Positions 1-12,149 of a DNA stretch of 24,074 nucleotides are shown piece after piece. Source of the stretch: Salpingoeca rosetta (lineage: Eukaryota > Protista > Choanoflagellata); contig JAWQFM010000031.1 of the NCBI GenBank assembly GCA_033442325.1, positions 392,050-416,123 on the forward strand, in the 5' to 3' direction. Both the position numbers and the translations under genes were made by a program. Below the pieces are notes generated by a model. The model was not told where the DNA came from and made no database searches. It saw only the letters and a program-made list of their open reading frames with translations. Each line of letters begins with the position of its first letter. The stretch's first letter is position 1.

Positions 1-68
<68 letters not shown>

Positions 69-85
69 TCACGCACACACACACA
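1..85 (+). repeat. (CA)n microsatellite directly upstream of a splice acceptor
   Basis: Near-perfect AC run ending a few nt before the CAG at 87-89. Confidence 0.95.
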
Positions 86-89
86 TCAG

Positions 90-237
90 GGTCGCTCGGG
101 TGCGGGATGTTGGCGCTTACGCTGCCGGCACTGATGCACATGTTTGCGCTTCGCCCGCTGCCCTGGTCGCACCTCGCAGTTGATCTCTTCATCGTCATCT
201 TCGGCATCGTCGGTACGCGCTGTGTTGTGCTGTGCTC

Positions 238-321
<84 letters not shown>

Positions 322-454
322 ACTGGAAGCGTTCCTCACGGCTTTTCGGATTCTGTTCTCACGTTTCACCTTCGCATACACACATCCACACACGAACACA
401 GGATCTGTGGCTGGCGTCTTCGTGTCCATTCAACAGCTCATCGCAGCATCCTGA
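90..454 (+). CDS. Amino acid transporter (Aa_trans / SLC36-AVT-like), last two exons of a gene that starts upstream of the window
   Basis: Exons 90-212 (after CAG at 87-89; donor GTACGC at 213) and 402-454 (after CAG; TGA at 452-454) give GSLGCGMLALTLPALMHMFALRPLPWSHLAVDLFIVIFGIVGSVAGVFVSIQQLIAAS*. This fits the last two TM helices of AAAP-family permeases (GS...LA..LP..H, D..I..FGI.G...G...SI). Confidence 0.75.
242..316 (+). repeat. (GT)n microsatellite in the 5' part of intron 213-401
   Basis: Perfect TG run. Representative of dozens of intronic (GT)n/(CA)n tracts in the window. Confidence 0.95.
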
Positions 455-878
455 CACACACTCACACATACACAGATACACACACACAAACACACACATG
501 CACATGCACTTCGCTGTACCTCGCCCCCCCCCTCCTCCCACACACACCACATTGCTTGGTAGGCTGTTGCTTTTGGCTTCATTTTTTTTGTTCATGTTTA
601 TTGCTTCAGGGTTTTGGTTCGTGTGTCTGCCACACACAAAAACAACTAGGCTCCTTTGCTTCTTGCCTTCTTAATCGAACAAAGAAAAGGCATCAATCCA
701 AACCACCAGTAACCAACCGTGCTTCTTCTGCTCTTAAGTTCAACAAACGCTCTTGCACAGGACAATCGCAATTCAACTCAGTTGACTTCGTGATTGCCGA
801 GCCAGCAACGCCGCCCGACAACACACACAAGTAGACACACATGCACACATGCACACATAACCACACACATACACACAT

Positions 879-944
<66 letters not shown>

Positions 945-976
945 GTAGACACACACATGCACACACGAGATCATGT

Positions 977-3900
977 TCACACTTCAAATTCGTGCGACGT
1001 GTCCTTCTTGGCGCCGCGCTGTCCACGAACATCACACGAACCCTTCTTCCCTCCCTCATCAGCATCACCGCAATCACCACCATCACGTGTGCTGCTTTCG
1101 TGGATAGACGTCAGTGGTTGCGATGTTCGTGCAGCGTCAAGCCGCGTGCTCATTGCAGACGTCAGCGCTTCACGACTCGGACGCCGTGGGCCGCGGCGCT
1201 GCTGCTGCTGCTGCTGCTGCTGGTGGTGGTGGTGGTGGTGGTGCTGCTGCTGGTTGGACTGGGCACGATGGAACACCGACGATGATGATGATGATGATGA
1301 GGAGGAGGAGGAGGATGCTGCTTGAGTCTGGCTGGCACGTGCAGCGTTGCTGTCGTTGTTGCTGCTGCTGTTGCGGGTGCTGCTTGCTTCAACGTCAACA
1401 CAAGCACTGCCCTGTCTGTTTGGTCCATCATTGTCAGTGCTCTCACTCTCGCGTGACGACTGGTGATGAAGTTGAAGGTGTGCGCGTCGACTTCTGTTGC
1501 GCCGCTCAGACTCCAGGAAGCGATGGGACTCGCCGTCCAGCGAATGGCACCGCCGCTCACGCATGGCTTGGTCGTTCAGCAGCATTGACACCACGTCCTT
1601 GGTCGTGACAGCCGAGGTTGGAGCGGCTTTCGACGCACCGCTTGTGGGTGATGCCGTGGTGTTGGTGGCGTGCAACTCACGATCGCCATCGCCATCGCCA
1701 TCGCCATCGCCATCACCAAGTTTATCTCTGTGGGGATGGCCACCAGTGTGCCTGCTACTGTGATGCTTCCTGGCTGCGTGGTAGCGTTCTTTCTTGCTCA
1801 CGTGTCCTGTGCGACGTAGGCGGTTGCGGCTTGTACGAAGGGATGTGCGCTGAACGCCACCACCACTGCTGTTGTCTCCCGTGTTGTTGGTGTCGTCGTC
1901 GTCGTTGTTGTTGTCGTCGTCGCTTTTGTGGTCGGTGTAGCCCTCTTGCTTGCGTGCGTTGGTGACATTGCTGTTGTCATGCTCGCAGTCATCACCGCCA
2001 GTGCTGATACCGCCACCGCCAGCCATCTTGGCTTCATTCGTCACCACCACCACCTCTTGCACCTGCTCCTCCTGCCTCATGTTATCGTAGCACGGTTCCT
2101 CAGCCCCTTCAATGCCTTCACCTTCGATGCCTTCACCTTGATCATTGGTGTCACCACATCCACGGCCACCCTGCGGCGCTGTGAGGGCCATTGTGCTTGC
2201 AGCCTTTGCATGCACAGCCAGCATCTCGTTGTCAAAGCCGTAAGGCGACTCTTCATTTGTGGACTCGCTTTGTGTCGGCTGCGCTGGTGCTTGCGGCTTT
2301 AATGGCGATGGCGGCTGAGGTGCATCGGTGCATGCCCTGGCCTTTGGCGACATACCACCACCATCACCAGCAGCAACAGGGGCAGCAACAACAGGTGTCG
2401 TGGGCGACACCTGGGCGCTTGTGACAGGTCCGCCCACAACCGGGCTGCTCCTGGAACGGCGGCGGTTGCGCAACTGCTTCGACTCCTGCTTGCAGGCATC
2501 ATCACCAGCACCACGACGAACGTTTGTGTGGCGGTTGCTGTTGCTGTCGTGCATGTGCTGGGCGGCGGAATCATCGGTATCTGTTGCAGCCTTGACACCA
2601 GCGACCACGTGATCAGCACCATCACTGACGCCGTCACCAAGCTGCACGCTTGGGCGCTGGCGCGGCGAGTGAGGCGACGACCAGCCACTGCCCGCTGTGC
2701 TGCTGGCGCTCGAGCCAACCGTGCCCATGAAATTGCTGTCGTCAAAGTAGAGGAAGTTGCCTCCGGACAGGCGACGAGCAGCGTGACCTGCCGCATCCAT
2801 GCTGTGTATGTATGCACGACCATAACGGCTGCTGCGGCGCCGCTGCTTCGTCAAACCCCCGCCGACAGCCGCTGTTCTTGGCCCTTTAATGGACGACGAC
2901 GCAAACGCGCGCGCCGCTGCCGCTGTCGGAGAACGGGAGGAGCCTGGACGGGAGCGTGCAAGCTCGTAGATGCCACTCGTGCGCGCCATCTCAATGCTGT
3001 CGTCGGCATCAGTGTCGCGGTTGCCTGCAGGCACGCTGTTGGACTCGGTGTCTGTGGGCACTTGTTCTCCAACCGTGACAGCAGCGCTCGAGGGGTCACT
3101 AGTGCTCTCCTCGCCACCACCATTGGTTTCGTCGTCGTCTTCACTGCAGCTTGGGTAGTCACCCTCACCCTCCTCCACGCTCGGAGGAGCAAGGTTGGTC
3201 GTGTCAACGGCAGGTGGCTCTTCAGAATCGAAGAACGACCAGCCACGCGATGGCGGCGTGACAACAACGTGCATCATTTCATCAGAGCGCATGCCCTTCT
3301 CTCTGCGCGTACGCTCCTCTGCTTGTGCGCGCTGCTGCTGTTGCTCGAGATGCGTGTAGAAGCTGCCAGCGGCAGAGCCAGCGCTCATGCCACGGCTCAT
3401 CTGGCGCGCAGCCGTGCCAGCCGCGGTTGCTGTCTGGTCGTGATCCATGCCCTCACGCAGCTGCTTCCATGCACTTGATCCACCTGCCATGCTCATGTCA
3501 ACGCGCTTCATACCGGTGCCACGCACGCTGCGGTGGGCGTCCGTGCTGCCAGGGGAAGTACGGCGATGGCTGCGGCTGTTGCCATGATGATGGTGGTGGT
3601 GATGATGGTGGTGGTGGTGGTGACGATGGCGGGCAGGACGGGCAAAGGCGCCTTCCTTCTCCTCGCCGTCAAAATCAGCACTGGCAAAGTCACGGCTGTA
3701 TCGCTTCTGCCCACCATCGCGAAGACGCAGGTTGCTGCGAGGGCCAGGGCGACGGTGACCAGGCGATGTCTGTGGCGATGATGACAGCGGGGTCATGGCG
3801 CTGTGGTAGCTGCGCTTCAACTCCAAGTGCCCAGAGGCACTGCGCATGCCCATTCTGCCAGCGGTGGCGCCCTGTTGCGCTCGGAGACGCTTCCTCTGTC

Positions 3901-5602
3901 CAGCTGTTGTGGTGCTACGTGCCCCACCGTGGTTGCTGACACCACTGGCAGTCACCCCATGTGCGTTGGCGCCGACACCGCGCTGGTAGCTGTCACGCTG
4001 GCTGTGCAGCCACTTCCGTCGCTGCCGCTCGTGCTGCTGACGCTGCTGACGCTGGTGGTGGTTCTGATGCTGGTGCTGATGCTTGACGTTAAGGTCGCCT
4101 CGCCCATGGTGGCACTCGCCGTCATCGTCGTGGTAGTCGGAGAAGTCATCGTCATCATCATCGCAGTAGGCGCGGTCGCCGTTGCGCTGCGCCTCGTGAC
4201 TCTCAATGAGGTGCGCAAGCATCGTGTCGTAGCCACGCCGGACAATGTCGTTGTTTGGGAGGGAGACAGCGCGGTTGCGAGTCTTGCCCTGGCTGAGCGT
4301 CTTGATCCACTGCCGCGTCTGCGTCTGCACGCGAATGACGTTGCGGGCGGCGTGCAGCAGCGCAGCCTTCTGCTTGATACTGTCCAGCTTCTTCTGCTCC
4401 GAGTGCAGCAGCAGCGTGCGCGTGTGCATCTGAAAGAGCTTGGAGGCGAAGCAGTAGCAGACGACAGTGGATGGCTCCCACGTCAGTACGTCGTGCGGAA
4501 TGTCGTCGCCTCGCATCGCGTTGATCACGCCCGCGTCGACCAGGTCTTCAAGGACATCGGGCAGGTGTGGAATTTCCTCCTGGTACGGCATGATACGGCG
4601 CAGAATGCCTTCGGTGAAGTACTCGCATGTCGATGCCATCTTGACGACGAGGGAGTGGCGCACGTGGAACCGGTCCAGGAGTGACGACACGTAGCCCATC
4701 ATCTTCTTTGGCGGCGGGATCTGGTGGTTGGGATGAGAGGGAGAGGAGGAGTGGAATGTGGGAATCGTGAGTGATTGGGGGGGGGGTGTGGTAGGAATGG
4801 ATGAGAGGGGAGCAGGGGAAGGAAGAGAGGAGGAGAGGAGAGGAGAGATATTGAGTACACACACACACACAGACACAGACACAGACACACACACACACAC
4901 ACACACAGACACAGACACACACACAGATACAGCCACAGCCACAGACACAGACACAGACACACACACACACAAAATCACGCGACAAATTGGTCTCACCGTT
5001 GCGATGTCAGGGTGGGTGATGTGCACACGACCGTCCGAGTCAAGTGTGACTGCGTTGTACTTCTGCAGCTGATCCACCAGCTCCTCGATGTGCTTTGGAT
5101 TGCCTGCAGGCAATTAATGTAACATTGAAATGAGGGAGGCGTGGAGTTGGTGGAACATGAGCCTGTCATCACGAAGAGGAATATAAATGGTGCAATAAAG
5201 CAGGTTCCATGCATACAAACACGCACGCACAACACACACATAGACACAGACACATAGATGCACGCACACACACACATGGACACACGTAGACTCAGATACA
5301 TGCACGCATGCAGGCGTACCTGCTGCCATGTCGTCAAAGTACTGGACAAGCATGGGTGGCAAGGGATAGGCGTCGTTGGCATTGAGTTGGCGCCGAAGAT
5401 ACGCCCTGCGTGCTCCCGCATTGAGGGGGCGGAGGTGCATGAGCATGCCGCGTGCTCTTGCGTCACGCACCATCTCCACCAACTCCATTGGAGAGTCGTA
5501 CACCAGCGAGCGTGTGGCAATGAGGAGGAAGAGGCGGTACTTGTGCGTCTGCCAAACCATTACGGTTAGGGAATTGTGAGAACGGTGCACGTGGGGTGGT
5601 GA

Positions 5603-5674
<72 letters not shown>

Positions 5675-6032
5675 GCAGGTGAACAAGGGGGAAGTACAGC
5701 GTGTTGTCGCCATAAAATGGGAGGTACGCGAATAAGTATGGCAGCGTGCGTGCAATTAAAGAACCGACGCACACACACTTTCACACACACGCAGATACAT
5801 TTCACTCACCGTGCTTTGGCGTTGGACGCAGAGACGCGAAAGATGGTTGGCGAGGGTCCATGAGCCAGGCTCGTTTGGGCGCTTGTCTGTGCCTGTCTGC
5901 AGGTGCAGCACAATCATGACGTCATCCAGCTCCGAAAACGCTTCAATCAGGCGCCGAATCAAATCTTTCATGCGCGGCACGCGCTGCTCTTGCGTCAGTG
6001 TCCTGCATGTATGTGTGTGTGTGTGTATGTGT

Positions 6033-6110
<78 letters not shown>

Positions 6111-6499
6111 NNNNNNNNNNNNNNNNNNNNNNNNNNNNNNNNNNNNNNNNNNNNNNNNNNNNNNNNNNNNNNNNNNNNNNNNNNNNNNNNNNNNNNNNNN
6201 NNNNNNNNNNACGTCATATAATAAAGAAAGACCATATTCATCGTCTGTTGCCCTGTTTTTCTCTTCTTAGTCTCTGTAGGACTAAAACACCTTACTTTAT
6301 ATAGAGGACGCAAGTGATGGGGTCCTGCGTAGTGTAGAGGGCCAAGTAACTTAAGCATTCCCCAGTTCCACAACCCTTTCCCTAACATTTTGTTTGCGAC
6401 AATTGTCATCGGAGTCTTTATTTAGCTCCTCTTTCCTCCAACGCGAAGCCAAACCTTCTGTCAAACCTCGATATGAATAACGGATTGTGTGTGGTCTGA

Positions 6500-6567
<68 letters not shown>

Positions 6568-8757
6568 TTGACACGATACGCACCTCGCTGAGGATGTTGG
6601 AGAGGTGACGAATCTCGGGCCTGCGTGCAATGCGCTGCTGCTGCAGACTCTTCCCCTTCTTCGTCGATGGTTCCGTGGGTGCAGTTGGAACAAAGGCGGT
6701 GGTGTTGCCAATGCCCTTGAGCGTGCGCTGGGAGCCAACATACTCAAAGTACTCCTCCGTGGTGTCACGCGTCGTCTCGCACACGAGCACTTCGTTCGGG
6801 GCAGCAACTTGCATCAGGCGCGCGGCAAGGTTCACGGTGCGTCCCAGGACCGTGTACTCACGGCGCTTTGTGGCGCCAACAACGCCGCAGAAGACGTGGC
6901 CGGTTGAAACGCCCACGGAGCACGTGATCTGGTTGTGTGCCAGCCTGCTTGCAGCCCTGAACTTGGCCATGGCCTTTGGCGCCTCCTTCACCAGCAGCCG
7001 CGCTGCGCTCGTTGCGCGAATGGCGTCATCCGCGTGTTTCATGGGCGGCAGCCCAAACACGCACAAGACGAGCAGGCCCTTATCGTCCACAATGAACTTG
7101 TTGATGGAGCCCTCCCAGGTGTAGATGCAGTGCTGCACGTGCAGCATGAGGGCGTTGCCGCGTTCCACAGCCTCATGCGCCCCGCCCATCAGCTGATTCG
7201 CGTCGAGCTGGAAGTTGTCAAACCGCACAAACAAAATGGAGACTTCGCGCATTTCAGCAAGGTGGCCCGAATGCCCGGCGTCCAGCTGGCGCGTCACTGC
7301 CCGCGGAATGTACCTGTTGTGTGTGTATATGTGTGTGTTTGTGTGTGTGTGTGTGTGTGTGTTGTGTGTGTGTGTGTGTGTGTGTTGTGTGTGTGTTGTG
7401 TGTGTGTTGTGTGTGTGTTGTGTGTGTGTGTGTTGTGTGTGTGTTGTGTTGTGTGTGTGTTGTGTTTGTGTTTGTGTGTGTGTTTGTGTGTGTGTGTGTG
7501 TTTGTGTGTGAGTTGATGATTGCACTCGTGTCAAGTTGATTAAGACACACCATCCCGCATCCTCCACAACCCCGCCCCCCCCCCTCCCGCAGCCAAATCC
7601 ACAACCAACATCCCTCCAGCTTGCGTCATGCCATCACCACACACGCAACTTCACCTCTTGAGCACGGGCAAGTGCTTGGCGCGCAGATGCGCCTCCCTCC
7701 GGACGGGCGGTGCTGGCGGTGCCACCAGCAGCTTGTCGAGCCGCATGAACCGGGAGTGTACCGCCTTTGGCACTGCTGCCTTGCGCTCGTGGTTCTGCAC
7801 GCGCTGTTGGGGCGTTGGGTTGGGGCGGGTTGTGGAGCAAGTGGGGTGGGGAGGCGTGTAAGGGGACGTTGAGGAAGTGACGTTTTGTTGTGACGTGCAT
7901 GCATTTACGCACGAGTGCGAAGAGGTATACAGACGCAACCAGCACACACAGGCCAAGACCGAGGTCTACGAGGTGTGCCAGCGCTTACGAGCGCAAATGG
8001 GTGCGAACAAACGCGAAAGCACAAACGCATACACACACATGCACAAGCACATGCACACGTACACACGCATATACAAATATACACAATCACATGCACACAC
8101 ATGCACACACACACACACACATGCACAAGCACATGCACGCACCGCGCGTTCGTGGAGGATGACAACGCTTGTGCCGATGGCGTCGGTGGATTTTAGTTCC
8201 TGCCAGGCCTCTGGCGAAAGGACCGTCTCGCCAGGCTCGGCCAGAGGCTCGGCCACGCCAATTTGGGCCATTGGTGGACCATCAATGATAAACTCCATGC
8301 GCTGCAGTGCGCCACCCTGTAGAGGGACGCGTGCAATGTGATGTGTGAGGTTTGTGTGGAGGGAACGGGTGTTGGCGGGCATGATGGTGAGTGCGAGTAT
8401 GAAGGTGCGAGTGTGAAAAAGAAGAAGACAGTCGAAGGAAAGGTTTGAACATGCGCAGCTGTTGGCACTTGCATGCGTTGCAAGTTGCATGTCTCCACGT
8501 ATGGAAGAGTGAATGCACTTGCATATGCACTCGAGCATTGCCCAAGCACAAGCACACACACACGCACCACGTGGAGTGAAGTGTACGGTCCGCAGCCAAT
8601 GCCCATATGGAGAGAGAGGAATATCTCTTCGTCATCAATGACGGTCGCCTTGTAGTTGTGCAAGCGCTGTTCGTACCGAATGTGCGGAGGTGATGGACGG
8701 AGAGGAGTTAGGGGGAGGAGCGCAGGGTGAGGCAATGACAGTTGATGCAGCGCAGGA

Positions 8758-8827
<70 letters not shown>

Positions 8828-9097
8828 TGCACACACGTACGCAGACACGAAATTCATGCGTGCAAGCATGCAACCTCGTGGATGTCGAGCGAGCATTTGG
8901 CGGCGAGGAGAACAGCGTCCCGGAATTCCGTAACGGCGTTGGGACTAACACCCACAGACCACGTGATGAGCAGGGCATCGCCCGCAAACTTGATGATGTC
9001 GCCACCGTAGTGCTGCACAATCTCAACCAGCACCTCGAAGAACGCGTTGAGCACGCTGCACAGCAGCTCTGCTCCGTTCGGCTGCCAGGGATAAGGG

Positions 9098-9129
<32 letters not shown>

Positions 9130-11977
9130 TAACGCGTTCACATGCATGCATGCATGCATGCATGCATGCTCCACCCTCGCACCCTCGCCTTCTCAAAGCA
9201 TCACATGTGGCCAGCTCACCAGCTTTGAGAGGCGCTCCGTGAGACGGGTGAACCCGGACGCGTCTGCAAAGAGAACAGCACCGCTGCCTGTCAACGCCGA
9301 CGCCATTTCGTCCTCATCTGCATCGTCAGTCTCGTTCTGCAACCAGATGTGGATATGCGTGGGTACGTTGGAGCGGGGGGGGGAGGTGAGCAAGCGAGGG
9401 AGTGGGTGGAAATGCATAAATTTATACGCGTGTGAGTAACATGTGTATGCATGAGTGAGAGAGCCTCTGTGTGAAATAGTGGGCGGCTAAAGTAGGGTGC
9501 GTATGGTTACATTCGCCAAGGGAGACTCCACCATGACACTAAGAGCGGGCCTCCGGCCGTAAACTCTGATGACTCCGTGCATGCTTGCATGCAAGCATGC
9601 ACGCAAGCGACCACACACACACACACACAACACACACAACACACACACACAGACACACACACAGACACACACACACGCATACACGCACACACACACACGC
9701 ACACACACACAACACACACACACGCACGCGTGACACCATCACGCACCATGATGTCGACGACGTGTGCGCAGAGGCTGCTGGGGAGGAAGGACATGTATGG
9801 GCCCACCTCAGCCTGCTGTCGTTTTGTTGCTGACAGGGCATATTTCAGCTGCACGCGGCGCACACGTGTACATGCGCGGCGGTGACCGTGATAGTGGCAG
9901 TGATAGTGGCAGTGATAGTGGCAGTGATAGTGGCAGTGATAGTGGCAGTGATAGTGGCAGTGATGGCACGTGGTCACGCGTGGTGGGAAATGAGAGGTCG
10001 CACGTGAGGGTGAGGTGCGGTTTTGATGGAGCCACAACATATGCACGAACAATTGATGGTTGTTCGCGTTTGTCAGAAATCAGATACAGAAACAGCAATG
10101 AGATCCGCATGAACACATGACCACGTGAACAAATACCCATTTACCCCGACATTGACCCTTGCACACATGGTCACCGACACGAGCACAACAATTGAGTGAA
10201 GATGTCCACAAGTCAAACAACAGCACTCGTAGTCACAACTCACCCTCTCACGCATGACGAGCTTCTTGAGCTTGGGGCACTGCCAGTACGACTGGCGGTG
10301 TTCGCGTGTGCATGACGCCGTGTAGCACCTGCACATGTTGGAGATGACGGAGATGGGGATGAGCGACATGCAAGCCTGCGAGCTTCAGTGCACACATACA
10401 TCAGTTGCAGCACAGTTGCTGACACAATCCCCTTCACACACACATACACACCCACACACACCCACACACACCCACACACACATCTACACATACACACATA
10501 CACATGCATGCATGCTCACTGACTTGCAGTGTGGCCATGTGCTTGCATTGCCGGAAGGGCCTCGCTTGCAAGGGCACGTTGGTGAGTAGCAGCCGTATGG
10601 CATGAGTGTTTCGTGGTGCCAGTCTTCCAACACCTCTTCCACAATGTATGCAGAGTATCTGCCGTCACCAATTGCTTCTGCGTCTTCCTCGTCCCACGAT
10701 GCGATTTCTGGGTACGACTCCAAGCTGCCGCGGTAGAAGCTGCCTGCAGGCAAGCCAAAGTCTCCGTTGCTTGCATGCATGGAAAATGCGCCAAACCCTG
10801 CGTGCGCGGACCTGCCGTGCTGCAGCAGCTGTTGCTGCTTGCGCTGCATCTTGTTCTTCCTGTTGCGCATGCTTCGCGAACGCCTCCGCAAATTATCCGC
10901 CTCTGCCGCCAACGTCACCATCCTCGATGTCTGATTGGGTCCGTGGAGACTCAGGCTTGCACCGCGCGGGCGGCGCTTTGTGCTCGGCTTGTCGTAGAAG
11001 GCCGACGATGTTGAGGTGAGGGACTGCTGTGCGCGCTGCCCGTGTGTCTCGGCGGCAAACCCATCGCTGCTAGCAGAGGTGGTGGGAAAGTTGATGGCGG
11101 AGGTGGACACGTGCAGGCCTGTGCCGTGCTGTTGCTGTACGTTGAGGTGGCTGTCCTGCTTCCTGCCTCTGCTGTCATCATCGTTAGGGTGCAGGCTGCT
11201 GCTGCTGCGGCGGAGTGACGGGCCTTGTTGACTACGTGACGATGCTGATGCTGGTCTTGCTGATGATGACGACGATGATGAAGCTGGGTTGCCTGTGCCC
11301 GCGCTGCCTTGGCTATCGTCGTAGGCAACACCCTCCGTGCGCAACAGGGACGTCAGATTCATCGTGTTCCGGCCCATACGGCGGCAAAGGCCAGGATCGG
11401 CATGGCCATAATCGTCGTCGTCGTCGTCGTCGTCGTTGGCAGGACGACGATGACGGGTGGTGCTGCTGCTGCTGCTGGTGTCTTTGGTGCTGCTTGCAGT
11501 GTTGCCTGCAGCGTTGCTGCTACTCTGAGTGTTGTTTGTGGCCTGGGCGTCCTTGGTTGGCGTTGTAGTCACGGATGCAGGCATGGACGATGACGTGCGC
11601 GTTGGGGGCGTTGCCGGTGGTGAGGAACGCCCTGTGCCGCTGGTTGCCGTTGCTGCATGTTGGGCCGTCATCGTGGTCGACGTCGTTGGTGTTGATGTAC
11701 CTTCGGATGCCTTGGCCTGATCGGAGCCCGCGGGGCTGGTTGTATCCTGTTGAGCCTTGGGAAGTGCATGCGCCGGTGCTGGGGCGGCCTTACCATCGCT
11801 GCTGCCGTTGCCAGCGCGCGGCTCGGGGTTCTTGGACGGTGGCCAAACGAGGCATTGTGCGCTGCTCGCGCGAGGGACGGGCGGACGCGACTCCATGTGA
11901 GGTCGGTTCTGGGTCGTGCCGTCCGCGGTCGTTGTGGATGTTGTTGTTGCTTTGCCCCTTGCACCTGACGGGAGCAT
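977..11977 (-). CDS. Soluble adenylyl cyclase-like protein (ADCY10/sAC type): low-complexity N-terminus, C1+C2 class III cyclase domains, STAND NTPase-like/winged-helix region, long disordered C-terminus. 5' end uncertain; at least one exon lost in the N-gap
   Basis: Exons in - strand order: 11977(or 11964)-10520, 10375-10244, 9848-9747, 9336-9220, 9081-8875, 8666-8568, 8316-8143, 7803-7655, 7313-6584, [gap], 6002-5810, 5548-5320, 5103-4997, 4720-977. All are GT-AG and phase-consistent except across the gap. C1 motifs: VLFADASGFT, GGDIIKFAGDALL, LHMGIGCG. C2 motifs: GSINKFIVDDKG, VGVSTGHVFCGVVG, RREYTVLGRTVNLAARLM. Post-cyclase motifs: FLLIATR, LRPL, AAGNPKHIEEL, LLDRF..LVVKMAS. About 2480 visible codons. 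Confidence 0.9.
6111..6210. other. Assembly gap (100 N) inside the adenylyl cyclase gene
   Basis: Run of N. The flanking exons are phase-incompatible (donor at 6584 is phase 0; the exon starting at 6002 needs phase 2), so coding sequence is missing. Confidence 0.95.
9888..9959. repeat. Intronic 12-bp minisatellite (GTGATAGTGGCA)x6
   Basis: Six exact copies starting at 9888, 9900, 9912, 9924, 9936 and 9948, plus a degenerate seventh. Lies in cyclase intron 9849-10243. Confidence 0.95.
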
Positions 11978-12105
11978 GCTGGGGCTGGGGGATGCTGTGC
12001 TGTTGTTGGAGTGGTTATGGGTGAGTGGATGGTGCGTGCATGCGTGCGTGCATGCGCGCGTGTGTGTGGATGCGTGTGCGTGTGTGTGTGCGTGTGTGTG
12101 TGTGT

Positions 12106-12146
<41 letters not shown>

Positions 12147-12149
12147 CAC

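Noticed and set aside
86-1325. Numerous poly-VC / poly-HT ORFs here and throughout the window
   Set aside because: Translations of (GT)n/(CA)n microsatellites, which have no stop codons.
2528-4684. Long + strand ORFs (2528-3478, 3325-3939, 3803-4684) opposite the cyclase's last exon
   Set aside because: Antisense shadows of GC-rich coding sequence; Val/Ala-rich with no recognisable motifs.
9888-9959. Tandem repeats as a possible CRISPR array, or as SGSD/HCHY coding repeats
   Set aside because: No spacers, eukaryotic intron context, and the flanking exons splice in frame without them.
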